A stretch of 64,000 nucleotides of DNA from Planctomycetota bacterium (lineage in GTDB: Bacteria > Planctomycetota > UBA1135 > UBA2386). Position numbers and translations under genes: made by a program. Shown here piece by piece: positions 31,645 to 41,445 of the stretch (positions within the stretch are counted from its first letter, which is position 1; the number at the start of each line of letters is the position of its first letter). The DNA lies in the NCBI GenBank assembly GCA_965228735.1, contig OZ245838.1:320001-384000 (forward strand), written 5' to 3'. Below the pieces are notes generated by a model, which was not told where the DNA came from, ran no database searches, and saw only the letters and a program-made list of their open reading frames with translations.

Positions 31645-32607
31645 ATGGCCACGTTGCCCCGGGAGCCGCTGCAGTTCGCCGCCGTGCGCGAGGACCCGCG
31701 CGTCGAGGAGACCGTGTTGCGGGACCAACCGGCGGCCCGCGTGCTGCTCATCGCCTCGGGCGGCTGCACCGCGCTCTACCTGCGCGCCCGCTTCCCCGAG
31801 CTCCAGCTCACGTTGGTGGAGCCGAACCCGGCGCAGGTCACGCACCTGCAGCGCAAGCTCGAAGCGCTCGCCGCGTTCGCCCCGGCCCGCTTCAACGTCG
31901 GGACCGCCGACCCGAACGGGCTGCAGGGCAGCGGCAACTTCGAACGGCTGTTCGCGGTGCTGCGCGCCGTGCTCGATCAGTTCGTCATCGATGCCGGCGA
32001 GCGTCGTGCGCGCTTCGAGAGCGGCGACTCGGACTGGGACGACGTGATCGCGCACCCGTACTGGCCCGTGGCGTTCGCGACCGCGTTCGACGATCTGCTG
32101 CTCACGACGATGTTCGGGCCCGACGCCGTGCAACACGCCGTGCCCGGCAGCTACCCGGGCTACTTCCGGGCGCGGCTCGAGGCCGGACTCCGGGCCGACG
32201 ATCGGGACCGGAACCCGTGGCTGCATCACGTGCTGCTGGGGCACTATCTCGACGATCCGCGGGCGTGGCCGCCGTTCCTGCAGCACCGGCCCGTCGACCT
32301 CGCCGCGTTCGAGGTCATCGCCGGCACGCTGCTCGACGTCGAGGCGTTCGCGCCGTTCGACTTCGTCGATCTGTCGAACGTGCCGGACTGGCTGGCGGTT
32401 GCCGATTGCCGCCGCCTCGCGGCTCGGCTCGGCGAACTCGCTCCGGGCGCGCGAATTCTCTGGCGTCAGCTCAACGATTCGCGGGACCTCGTCGGCCACG
32501 AAGGTTTCGGCGAGCTGTTCGAGTGCTCGCAGACTCGGGATGCCGAGCTGACCGACCTCGAACGCAGCCTGTTCTACGACGAAGTGCACCTCGGAATACG
32601 GCGATGA
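31645..32607 (+). CDS. DUF3419/BtaA-like SAM-dependent transferase
   Basis: 'FAAVREDP', SAM-binding-like 'VLLIASGGCTAL', 'FDFVDLSNVPDWL', 'LAPGARILWR'. Confidence 0.72.
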   Translation: MATLPREPLQFAAVREDPRVEETVLRDQPAARVLLIASGGCTALYLRARFPELQLTLVEPNPAQVTHLQRKLEALAAFAPARFNVGTADPNGLQGSGNFERLFAVLRAVLDQFVIDAGERRARFESGDSDWDDVIAHPYWPVAFATAFDDLLLTTMFGPDAVQHAVPGSYPGYFRARLEAGLRADDRDRNPWLHHVLLGHYLDDPRAWPPFLQHRPVDLAAFEVIAGTLLDVEAFAPFDFVDLSNVPDWLAVADCRRLAARLGELAPGARILWRQLNDSRDLVGHEGFGELFECSQTRDAELTDLERSLFYDEVHLGIRR

Positions 32608-33368
32608 ACGCAACTCCCCACGGCACCGACCCAGCGCCGAACGGCGCGCTGTCCTCGGCGATCGACCAGATCCTCGCCGCGCATGCGCCGGCGGCGAACC
32701 CGTACCTGCGTGCGCTCGAGGACGGCGGCCTCTCGCGCGAGGAGTTCGTCGAGACGCAGATGCAGTTCTACTACGCGGTCGTGTTCTTCAGCCGGCCGAT
32801 GGCCGTGCTCGCGGCCAAGATTCCGAGCGCCGCGGTGCGCACCGAGATCCTGCGCAACGTCTGGGAGGAGCACGGTGAGGGCGACTCGCAGCAGCGGCAC
32901 GGGGTCACGTTCCTCGAGCTGCTGCGGCGGCTCGACGGCAAGACCAAGGCCGACGTCGAGTCGCGCGTGCTCTGGCCCGAGGTGCGCGCGTTCAACACCA
33001 CGTTGATCGGCTGCTGCGCGCTCGACGACTGGGAGATCGGCGCCGGGTGTCTCGGCATCATCGAGCGCATGTTCGTGGACATCTCCGCGTGGATCGGTCG
33101 TCACATCGCGGCGCGCGGGTGGCTGCCGCTCGACCGGGTCGTGCACTACTCGGTGCACGAGAAGCTCGACGTCCGGCACAGCGACGACTTCTTCGCCGTG
33201 CTGCAGCCGCAGTGGGACGCGGACCCGCGGGCGCGCTATCGCATCGAGCAGGGGCTGCGGCTCGGCGCCTACGTCTTCGACCGGCTCTATCGCGACCTGT
33301 TCGGCGCGCGCACGCGGCGCGAGCAGAGCACCGTCGAACGGCCGCAGCCGCACGTCTACGCCGAGTGA
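32604..33368 (+). CDS. Heme-oxygenase-like diiron oxidase (iron-containing redox enzyme; CADD/PqqC/TenA fold)
   Basis: ATG 32604 overlaps the upstream stop (ATGA); ligand pattern 'NVWEEHGEG....RH', 'GIIE', 'HEKLDVRH' (H-x3-D-x2-H). Confidence 0.82.
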   Translation: MNATPHGTDPAPNGALSSAIDQILAAHAPAANPYLRALEDGGLSREEFVETQMQFYYAVVFFSRPMAVLAAKIPSAAVRTEILRNVWEEHGEGDSQQRHGVTFLELLRRLDGKTKADVESRVLWPEVRAFNTTLIGCCALDDWEIGAGCLGIIERMFVDISAWIGRHIAARGWLPLDRVVHYSVHEKLDVRHSDDFFAVLQPQWDADPRARYRIEQGLRLGAYVFDRLYRDLFGARTRREQSTVERPQPHVYAE

Positions 33369-34162
33369 GCGGGGCCGTCGTGCGCCGGGTCGAGGCCGCG
33401 GAGATCGCGGCTCGGCAGCTCGAGTTCGCGGCGTTCGAGCGGGAGTTCGTCTATCCGCTCGGTGACGACGCGTTCTGGATCGACCACGGCCGCGACTACC
33501 TCGCGTTCTTCACCGGGCTGGGCTCGCCCGACGTGTGGATCGCGGAACGCGACGGGCAGCTGATCGGCGTGGCCGTCGCCGTGTTGCGGCGGCTGCCGCA
33601 TCCCGTGGGCTACGTCTGCGACCTCAAGGTGCGGCGTGGTGTTCCCGAACGTGGGCTCGTGCGGCGCCTGCTCGCCGGGGTGCTCGGTCCGCTGCGGGCT
33701 GCGTCGACGCCGGGGTTCGGCGTATCGATGAATCCGGCGACCGGCGGCAATCGGCTGACGCGGGTCGCGCGACGCATCGTGGGGGCCGGGCTGCGCGACG
33801 GGCCGCAACTCGGGATCTGGTCGCTCACGTTCGACGAGTGGCAGCAGGTCCGGGCCGAGGTCGAGGGCGCGCTCGGGACGATCACGTGGCTCGACCCGGC
33901 GGGAACGAAGGACATCGTGCTGCGATCGACGGGCCGGCCGATGCCGCTCCTGCACGCGCAACACGGCCCGTTCTCGCGGCCGGACGGCAGTGCGACCGCG
34001 GCACCGCGACCGGACGCGGTCCACATGCTCTGCCTGCCGCTCGCCGACCCGCTCGCGACGGCGCTCGCAGAGCGGGTTCCGAGCCGCCCAGCGACGGCCT
34101 CGGTCCTGCACGTGGGCATGGCCGATTTCCCGTGGCAGCACCTGCTCACGAGTGACATCTGA
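33365..34162 (+). CDS. GNAT-fold acyltransferase-like protein
   Basis: GTG 33365 overlaps the upstream stop (GTGA); 'WIAERDGQLIGV', 'YVCDLKVRRGVPERGLVRRLL'. Confidence 0.68.
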   Translation: MSGAVVRRVEAAEIAARQLEFAAFEREFVYPLGDDAFWIDHGRDYLAFFTGLGSPDVWIAERDGQLIGVAVAVLRRLPHPVGYVCDLKVRRGVPERGLVRRLLAGVLGPLRAASTPGFGVSMNPATGGNRLTRVARRIVGAGLRDGPQLGIWSLTFDEWQQVRAEVEGALGTITWLDPAGTKDIVLRSTGRPMPLLHAQHGPFSRPDGSATAAPRPDAVHMLCLPLADPLATALAERVPSRPATASVLHVGMADFPWQHLLTSDI

Positions 34163-34222
34163 GATCCTCGGGCCGATCCGGCCGTTGCGGGAAGGAACGG
34201 GCGGTCCGCTCGTCGAACGCGC

Positions 34223-35230
34223 ATGACCTGCTCCGCGCTGGTTCGTTCGTTCGTGCTCGCCGCCGCCGCCGGGCTCGCGGCGTGCTGTTCGGAGCACGCG
34301 GTCACCCGTCCCGCGGTGCGGCCGGTCGCACCGCCGGAGTCCGTGGATCCGCTGCCGATGTCCGGGCGATCTGCTGCGGTCGACCCGGGGATCACCGAAC
34401 CCGCGACCGCCGGGCACGCGGGTGAGCCGGTGGTCGGCGAGCCCCGACGCGTCACGGCCGCGATGTGCGAACGCCATCTCGAGTCGATCCGCGCCCGGAT
34501 CCCGGCCGGGTTCACGACGCGCATCGAACCGCCGTTCGTCGTGCTCGGTGACGGCGGTGCTGCAGCGGTCGCGCGCAGCAGCCGCAGCACGGTGCGGTGG
34601 GCGGTGAACCTCCTGCGCGGGGACTTCTTCCGCGACGATCCCGAACGGCCGCTCGAGGTCTGGTTGTTCGACGGCAAGGCGAGCTACCGCAAGCACACGC
34701 GCATGCTCTGGAACGAGCAGCCGACGACGCCGTTCGGCTACTACAGCCGCCGGCACGGCGTGCTCGTGATGAACATCGCGACCGGCGGCGGCACGCTCGT
34801 GCACGAGATCGTGCACCCGTTCGTCGAGGCCAACGTCCCGGACTGCCCCGCGTGGCTCAACGAGGGGCTCGGTTCGCTGTTCGAACAATGTCACGAACAG
34901 GACGGTCGGATCCGCGGTCTGCTCAACTGGCGGCTCGACGGACTGCAGGACGCGATCGCTGCCGAACGCACGATCTCGATCGCGGAGCTCGTCACGACCA
35001 CGGATGGCGAGTTCTACGGCGAACGTTCGGGGCTGCACTACGCGATGGCCCGCTACCTGCTCTACTGGCTGCAGGAACGCGGCCAGCTGCGCGCGTTCTG
35101 GCGCGACTGGTTGCGCACGCGTGAGCGCGACCGCAGCGGCATCGCCGCACTGCGCCGCGCGCTCGGGGAGAGCGATCTCGCGTCGTTCCAGTCGCGGTGG
35201 GAGCGCTGGCTCGCCGGGCTGCGGCGCTAG
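34223..35230 (+). CDS. Lipoprotein with zincin motif (peptidase MA / DUF1570-like)
   Basis: Lipobox-like LAAC; 'TLVHEIVH', 'PAWLNEGL', 'YAMARYLLYWL'. Confidence 0.72.
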   Translation: MTCSALVRSFVLAAAAGLAACCSEHAVTRPAVRPVAPPESVDPLPMSGRSAAVDPGITEPATAGHAGEPVVGEPRRVTAAMCERHLESIRARIPAGFTTRIEPPFVVLGDGGAAAVARSSRSTVRWAVNLLRGDFFRDDPERPLEVWLFDGKASYRKHTRMLWNEQPTTPFGYYSRRHGVLVMNIATGGGTLVHEIVHPFVEANVPDCPAWLNEGLGSLFEQCHEQDGRIRGLLNWRLDGLQDAIAAERTISIAELVTTTDGEFYGERSGLHYAMARYLLYWLQERGQLRAFWRDWLRTRERDRSGIAALRRALGESDLASFQSRWERWLAGLRR

Positions 35231-35273
35231 ACGATGCAGAGGGGCCCCTCGACACCATCCAGGGCTGCCTCGG

Positions 35274-35678
35274 TCAGCGACGGTCGCGCCCGAGTCCGCG
35301 ACCGACGAGCGTCGCGGCCTTGCGCGCGGACGAGCCGGAGAGGTCTTCGATCGACACGAAGTCGGCCATCGGGGGCGCGAACACCTCGACCCACGGTCGG
35401 ATGCGCGACACGGAGTGATCGGTGATGCCGCCCGACGGTCGGTAGGAAACGCGCAGCACGACGTCGTCCTGGGGCAGCCTCTCGAAGTCGTACTCGATGC
35501 GGAACATCTGGCCCTTCACCGGTGTGAGCGGGTCGAGGGTGATGCGCGGCAGTCGGCCCTCGTCATCACCGAGCGCGCCCGTGCCGAAGCCGGCGCACGC
35601 CGCGGTCAGGCCGAGTGTCACTGCCGATAGCGTGAGGGCGAGCGTGCGCCGGGGGCGCTGACGAGCGATGCCGAACAT
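35274..35678 (-). CDS. Hypothetical lipoprotein
   Basis: 134 aa, basic N-terminus plus hydrophobic stretch ending TAAC; TAGCAT 6 nt before the ATG. Confidence 0.6.
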   Translation of the reverse strand: MFGIARQRPRRTLALTLSAVTLGLTAACAGFGTGALGDDEGRLPRITLDPLTPVKGQMFRIEYDFERLPQDDVVLRVSYRPSGGITDHSVSRIRPWVEVFAPPMADFVSIEDLSGSSARKAATLVGRGLGRDRR

Positions 35679-35894
35679 CGGAGCATGCTACGGGTGCGGC
35701 CCTGTGGGGCGCCAGCGTCATGCCGACCGGTCGCGGGCGTCGAGGGTTACGGCGCGCGTCGCAGTTGCCTGCACGGAGCTGTTGCAGGAGCGAGCCGCAC
35801 GTGTTGCAGCCGCTCGACCGCGGTGGAGGCGAGGCCCGGCGCACCGAACTCCTGACCGAGTTCCCCGATGCGTCGGGCCCCGCATTCTGACGAG

Positions 35895-38660
35895 TCAGCG
35901 CGTCAGCGCCTGGAACCGCGGTTCGTCGCGGATCGCGTCGAACGCGGTGCTCGCGACCTTCAAGCGGTGACCGGCGGCGCAGGCCTGTTCGAGCCAGGTG
36001 AGCGCACGTTCTCTCAGGTCCGGTCGTGATCCGAGGTCCGGCTGCCGGAGCAGGCCGGTGGCGGCGAGCACGCGCCAGTCCGGCGGGATCTCGAGTTCGC
36101 CGAGCTTCAGCGCCGCCTGCTCGAGCTTCTCCCAGCGGTGGTTCTGCATCGTGAACGCGCAGAGCAACCGCAGGTTGAACGCGAGGAGTCGGCCGCTCTC
36201 GGGGTGCTTCGGATCGGTCCGCAGCACCCGTTCGACGTCGTCTACGGCGCCGGTCGCGAGTTCGATCGCGGGTTCCCAGTCACCGCGTCGCGCGAGCAGG
36301 AGCGCGAGGTTGCCGCGGGCGCCGCTGCGCAGCTTGGGCACCTCGGGGACCTCCGGGTAGCGGGCAACGAGTTGGTCGAGCAGCTCGATGGCCGCGCGCG
36401 CCGCGGTGATCGCGTCGGCATCTTGGCGCTGCTGCTGGGCGATGCTCGACCGTTCGTTGAGGGCGAGCGCGCGCGCGAACGCCGGCGTCGGCCAGCCGGT
36501 CCGCACGGCCGCATCGGCCGGCGGCAGCGAGTCGAGCATGGCGTCGTTCGCCGCCGTCGCCTCGGCGAACCGTTTCGTGTTCTTCAGGAAGCGGACGAGG
36601 TTGAGCCGGGCGGTCGCGTGACGCGCTGCGTAGGGCGCTCCGGCCGCCGACGGGTTCGTCGACGCGTCGGCCGAAGCGTCGGCCGGCGAGGCGGTCGCGG
36701 TTGGGTCGCCGTGCGCATGTCCCGGCGCGATCGCCGGGGTCGGTGCGGCGGTCGCGCCGGGGCTCGCCGCGGCCGGCCGTCCGATCTGCGCGGCGATGGC
36801 GACGGCCCGGCGCTGTGCGGCTTCGGCGGCCTCGACGTCCCGGCGTTCGAGCGCCGGGCGTACGCGGTTGCCCGCGAGCTGACTCAGGAGGCCGAGGACG
36901 TGGTCGCGTTGGTTCGGCACGTCGATGGCAAGTTCGAGATCGGTCTCCGCCGCTTCGATCTCGGCCTCGATGCCGTCCAGATCGCCGTGATCGAGTCGGA
37001 TCGCGATGAGCCGGGCGCGCGCCATGCCGCGGAGCATGGCCTGGAACCCGCGGAGGTCGCCGTCGCCGAGCGCGGCGAGCACCTGCTCGCAGTGCTCGAC
37101 CGCGCGTTCGATCTCGTTCAGGTGGCCCGCGTTCTCGGCGAGTTGGCAGTGGGTGCGCAGATACAGCAACCGCGCTTCGGCGCCATGAACGGGATCGTCG
37201 GTCAGGTCTTCGAGCAGGACCAGCGCGTCCTCGAATAGACGCGTCGTGATCCGAATGGCGCCGCGGTTCCGCAGCTGGTCGGCGCCGACATCGGCGAGCA
37301 GCCGGCGCACCGCGTCGATCGTCGTCTTCGTCCGGTCGTTCGCCCGTTCGATCTGCGCCTGCAACGCCGCGTTGGAACGGGACTGCTGCCACGCGAACAC
37401 GCCGAGCGCGCCGATCCCGACGACGATGCTCGCGGCAACGGCCGTGGAGAACGCCGCGTGGCGCTGCGTGAAGCGCCGCAGCCGGATTCGGATCGGCAGG
37501 CGGCGGGCCTGGATCGGTCGGCTGTCGAGCACGGCCTGCAGATCGTCCGCGAACGCCTCGGCGTCCTGGTAGCGCCGGCCGCGATCGACATCCAATGCAC
37601 ACTCGAGCACGAGGCGCAGCTCCGGCGGCAGGTCGCGGCGACCGCGCAGGCCGTCGGGGTTGCCGGCCAGCAGGCGCTGGCGCAGCAGGTCACCCTCGAG
37701 CTCGGGAAACGGCCGTCCGAGCGCGAGCAGCGAGTAGAGCGTGACCGCGAGGCCGTAGATATCGGTCCGTTCGTCCGCCGGTTCGCCGCGCAACTGTTCG
37801 GGCGCCATGTAGGCCGGCGAGCCGGCCGTCGTGCCCGTCCGCGTGACACGGTCGTCGCCGCGCGCGTGGGCGAGGCCGAAGTCGAGGACGATCGCCTCGC
37901 CGCTCGGCGTGAACATCAGGTTGGATGGCTTGAGGTCGCGGTGCAGCACGCCGCGCGCGTGCGCGTGGCGGATCGCCAGCGCGGCGCCACGAATGAGGCG
38001 GACCGCCGCCTGCCAGTATGGGCCCGCGAAGACCGCGGCGGCGCGCGCCTCATCGACGTCGGTGCCGTCCTGGTTGCCGCTGACGATGGCGCGCAGATCG
38101 CTGCCCGTGAGCGCGCCCGGTGAGCGACCCCGCAACGCCGCGAGGATGCGTTCGCCGCTGCAGCCGCGCAGTCGCGGCATCACGTACCACGGCACGCCGT
38201 CGCTCGCGCCACGCGCGAGGATCGGCACGATCCCCGGGTGGTCCATGCGCGCGACGGCGTCGATCTCGCGGCGGAAGCGTTCGCGCGCGCCCTCGAAGAG
38301 CAGGAACTCGGGCCGCACGACCTTCAGCGCGACCTCGCGGCCGAGCGAGTCCTGCTCGGCCAGGTAGACGACGCCCATGCCGCCGGCGCCGAGCTGCGAC
38401 TTGATCGTGTACTCGCCGAGGCGTTCGGGACACTCGGTGTTGGTCGGCGCGGTGACGCGGTCGAAGTCCGCGACGTGGCCGAGCGCGTCGCGCAGCGCGG
38501 CCGCGTGCTCGGGGTGGGCGGCGATGACGTCGAGCAGGCCGTCCTTGCCGGTGTCGTCGAGGCGTTCGAGGGCCTTCGCGAGGACGTCCTCGAGGCCTTC
38601 GGCGGGGCGTTTCGCCTGTTCGCCGGAGTCGTCAGCTGGATCCGCGGGTCGGGAACTCAT
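35895..38660 (-). CDS. Hanks-type Ser/Thr protein kinase with TM and TPR-like C-terminus
   Basis: GAGGMGVVY, VALK, HRDLKPSN, DFGLA, GSPAYMAPEQ; TM 'AVAASIVVGIGALGVFAW'. Confidence 0.92.
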   Translation of the reverse strand: MSSRPADPADDSGEQAKRPAEGLEDVLAKALERLDDTGKDGLLDVIAAHPEHAAALRDALGHVADFDRVTAPTNTECPERLGEYTIKSQLGAGGMGVVYLAEQDSLGREVALKVVRPEFLLFEGARERFRREIDAVARMDHPGIVPILARGASDGVPWYVMPRLRGCSGERILAALRGRSPGALTGSDLRAIVSGNQDGTDVDEARAAAVFAGPYWQAAVRLIRGAALAIRHAHARGVLHRDLKPSNLMFTPSGEAIVLDFGLAHARGDDRVTRTGTTAGSPAYMAPEQLRGEPADERTDIYGLAVTLYSLLALGRPFPELEGDLLRQRLLAGNPDGLRGRRDLPPELRLVLECALDVDRGRRYQDAEAFADDLQAVLDSRPIQARRLPIRIRLRRFTQRHAAFSTAVAASIVVGIGALGVFAWQQSRSNAALQAQIERANDRTKTTIDAVRRLLADVGADQLRNRGAIRITTRLFEDALVLLEDLTDDPVHGAEARLLYLRTHCQLAENAGHLNEIERAVEHCEQVLAALGDGDLRGFQAMLRGMARARLIAIRLDHGDLDGIEAEIEAAETDLELAIDVPNQRDHVLGLLSQLAGNRVRPALERRDVEAAEAAQRRAVAIAAQIGRPAAASPGATAAPTPAIAPGHAHGDPTATASPADASADASTNPSAAGAPYAARHATARLNLVRFLKNTKRFAEATAANDAMLDSLPPADAAVRTGWPTPAFARALALNERSSIAQQQRQDADAITAARAAIELLDQLVARYPEVPEVPKLRSGARGNLALLLARRGDWEPAIELATGAVDDVERVLRTDPKHPESGRLLAFNLRLLCAFTMQNHRWEKLEQAALKLGELEIPPDWRVLAATGLLRQPDLGSRPDLRERALTWLEQACAAGHRLKVASTAFDAIRDEPRFQALTR

Positions 38661-38802
38661 GGCTACGATCGAGACGGAGAGAGAGAGGGCCGCGGTCGGG
38701 GAGCGCCCGCCACTACGAGGAGGAAGCGTCCGGACGCCGCGCGATTCTCATCGGATTCGGCCCTTTTTGGCGGGGCCGTTCGCGGGTGTGCCCGCGCTGC
38801 CG

Positions 38803-39606
38803 TCAGAAGGAGACGATCGAGACCTCGGGGTCGGCATCGGGGTGTTGACCGATCAGCAGGTGCTCTGGCGTGCCGTCGATCTTCACGTAGTACGACGACT
38901 CCGCGTCGATCGCGTTCTTCACGGCGTTGGCGACGAACGTGCGGTCCCCGACCTCGAGCTCGAGCCCTTCGAGCTTGTACTCGAGCACCGTGCGCTCGGG
39001 CAGCACGCCGCGCGGGCCAACGGCGTGCTCGAGGATCTTCGCGTCGCCGGCGACGCCGAACATCGCGCCGTCCCAGCTCGCGCCGCCCGATCCCCCGATC
39101 TCCGTCGGCCCGACCTCGAACCACATGCCGAACATCTTCTGCGCGATCGCGCGCAGACGGAAGGGCTCCCGCGGCGCGGCGGCGGGCTTGGCCGTCGCGA
39201 CGAGCACCTTCGTGCCCCAGCTCGTGCCGCTGCCGTCCACGAGCGTGCACGACCGCAGCGCGGTCGGCAGCGTCTCCGGATCCGGCGCGCCATCGATCCC
39301 CGCGAGCACGACGAGCGGCACAGGGTTGCAATCCGTGCGCACGTTCTCGACCGCCATCGCGAGGGCGAACCGATGTCGCAGCTCACCGAGCTCCGCCGCG
39401 CCCGCGCCGATCACCCAGACGTCGGGGCGCGTGTCCTCCGCGAGATGGCGCGCCAGTTCGCACCATGCGAAGTCGTCGGGTGCGTCGATCCAGGGCGCGC
39501 CGGCGACGTCGAAGCCGGCCTGGTCGAGCGTTGCGACGGCGGGTTGCGGGGGCACTGCGTCATCGCCGAGCGCGAGCCACGTGAGCCACACGGTCTTCTT
39601 GGCCAT
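38803..39606 (-). CDS. Hypothetical protein, divergent from the sheath-like gene
   Basis: 267 aa with protein-like composition; TAAGGT 6 nt before the ATG. Confidence 0.7.
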   Translation of the reverse strand: MAKKTVWLTWLALGDDAVPPQPAVATLDQAGFDVAGAPWIDAPDDFAWCELARHLAEDTRPDVWVIGAGAAELGELRHRFALAMAVENVRTDCNPVPLVVLAGIDGAPDPETLPTALRSCTLVDGSGTSWGTKVLVATAKPAAAPREPFRLRAIAQKMFGMWFEVGPTEIGGSGGASWDGAMFGVAGDAKILEHAVGPRGVLPERTVLEYKLEGLELEVGDRTFVANAVKNAIDAESSYYVKIDGTPEHLLIGQHPDADPEVSIVSF

Positions 39607-39694
39607 CGCGGCACCTTACGGCGGGGGCTGCGGTTCGCCGCGTCCGAAATGTCTTCGGTGCGCGCGGGGATGCCCGACTACGGTGATGTGTGCG

Positions 39695-41425
39695 ATGAGC
39701 AGCGCACTCCCCGAACTGCGGCCGCAGCCGTTCCGCATCATGATCGTCGATGACCTCGTCGGCGATGGCCCGGCGCCGGAGCATCCGGTCGCGGTCGCGC
39801 CGTCCGGGCTCGACGACGCGATCGCCGCGCTGCGCGTGCGGCTCGCTCTCGAGGTGCCGAACCAGCTCGCGTCGAAACCGCGCGAACTCGCGGTGGAGCT
39901 GCGTTTCGAACGGCTGCGGGACTTCCGCTCCGGACGGCTCGCGGCGCAGGTGCCGGAGCTCGCCGCCGTGGGGCGGTTGCGCGAACGGCTCGTCGACCTG
40001 CGCGCGGGCCGAACGAGCGTGGCAGACGTCGAGCGTGGTCTCGACGAGGTCGCCGGCTTCGATCGACTCGGGCCGGCGCTCGCGTCGGCGTTCGGAGCGC
40101 CGCCCGCGGGAGCGAGCCCGACGACGCGCGATTCCGACGTGCCGGTGGACGGTGAGCAGCAGCTCGGCCGGGCGCTCCTCGACGAGTTGTTGGGTGGCGA
40201 ACACGAAGCGCCACCGCCCGCACCGCGAACGAACGACGCATCGGCGATCGACGACGCGATCGCGAACGTCGGTCGACGCGCGGACGCTGACGCTGGTGAT
40301 GTCGCTCGCGCGCTCGAACTCGTCGACGACCTCGTAGCGGCCCAGCTCCGCGAGATCCGTGCTGCGCCGCGCTTCGTGGCTCTCGAACGCGCATGGCGCA
40401 GCCTGCAGTTCCTGCTCCAGCACGTCGGGACGGATCGCAGCCCCGTGCGCGTCGAGCTCTGCGCCGCGACGCCGGAGTCGTTCGCCGAGCGATTCGATGC
40501 GCTCGTGGTGGGGCCCGAGATGCGCGGTGAAACGCCCGCGGCGCTCGCGCTGACGGTCGTTGGCTGGCCCTTTCACAACCGCGTGCCCGAGCTCGAGACC
40601 GTGCGCGCCGCGTGGCAGCAGTCCGAGGCCGTGCAGGCGCCGCTGCTGTGGTCGATGGCCGACTCGTTCCTCGGTGCCGAGGGTCTGGCGGCGCTCGCCG
40701 GGCGTGACTCGCTGGCCTCGGTCCTCGAGGGTGACGAGCTCACGAAGTGGCGCGGCGCGCGCGCCGACGATGCCGCGCGCTGGTCCGGCGCGTGCCTCAA
40801 CCCGTTCGTGCTGCGCGCGGCCGACGACGGCACGGTCGCGATGTTCGGCATGCCGAGCTACTTCGTCGCCGCACTCGTCGCGCGCAGTGTCGCCGAACGT
40901 GGTTGGCCAAGCGGCTTCGCCGGCGTTCGTGCCGGCGCGATCGCCGGCCTGCCCGTCGTCCGGGGGCGGGCCGTGGCGGCCGCGTTCACCGAAGCCAACG
41001 TTCGGGACCTCGCGGATGCGGGCATCCTCGCGCTCGCGGCCGTCCAGGGTCGCGACGAAGCGTTGCTCTGGTCCGCGCCGTCGAGCCACGCGCCGGCGAG
41101 GTTCGGCAACCGGGATCGGGAAAACCGCGAGAGCCGCCTGCGCAGCACGCTGGCCTACCAGCTCGTCGCGGCCCGGATCGCGGAGACCACGCTCGCGCAC
41201 CAGGCCGCGCTCCTCTTCGACGGCGAGACCCGCCGGCCGGACGATGAGGTCGCGGGGCGTTTCGAGGCGTTCTTCCGCGCGCTCCTGAGCGACACGGGCA
41301 GCGGTGCAGGCGCCGACGTGCGGGTCGAGCGCGAGTCGGATCGCGCGGAGCTGCATTGTGAGGTGCGCGTGGGGGACGCCGTGCTCGATGGCGCGATCAT
41401 CGAATTCGCGCTGCCGCTCGATTGA
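39695..41425 (+). CDS. T6SS contractile-sheath-like protein, TssB(VipA)-TssC(VipB) fusion
   Basis: TssB-like 'PFRIMIVDDL...LRFERLRDF...QVPEL..LRERL'; TssC-like 'VDDLVAAQLREI..PRFVALERAWRSLQFLL', 'W..ARADDAARW.G..LNPFVLR', 'GWP', 'LADAGILAL'; 576 aa. Confidence 0.75.
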   Translation: MSSALPELRPQPFRIMIVDDLVGDGPAPEHPVAVAPSGLDDAIAALRVRLALEVPNQLASKPRELAVELRFERLRDFRSGRLAAQVPELAAVGRLRERLVDLRAGRTSVADVERGLDEVAGFDRLGPALASAFGAPPAGASPTTRDSDVPVDGEQQLGRALLDELLGGEHEAPPPAPRTNDASAIDDAIANVGRRADADAGDVARALELVDDLVAAQLREIRAAPRFVALERAWRSLQFLLQHVGTDRSPVRVELCAATPESFAERFDALVVGPEMRGETPAALALTVVGWPFHNRVPELETVRAAWQQSEAVQAPLLWSMADSFLGAEGLAALAGRDSLASVLEGDELTKWRGARADDAARWSGACLNPFVLRAADDGTVAMFGMPSYFVAALVARSVAERGWPSGFAGVRAGAIAGLPVVRGRAVAAAFTEANVRDLADAGILALAAVQGRDEALLWSAPSSHAPARFGNRDRENRESRLRSTLAYQLVAARIAETTLAHQAALLFDGETRRPDDEVAGRFEAFFRALLSDTGSGAGADVRVERESDRAELHCEVRVGDAVLDGAIIEFALPLD

Positions 41426-41445
41426 TCCGCGTATCGTAACCGCGC

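Noticed and set aside
31645..32607. Canonical btaA for betaine lipid (DGTS) synthesis
   Set aside because: No btaB neighbour; coupled instead to an HDO and a GNAT; only family-level motifs recognised
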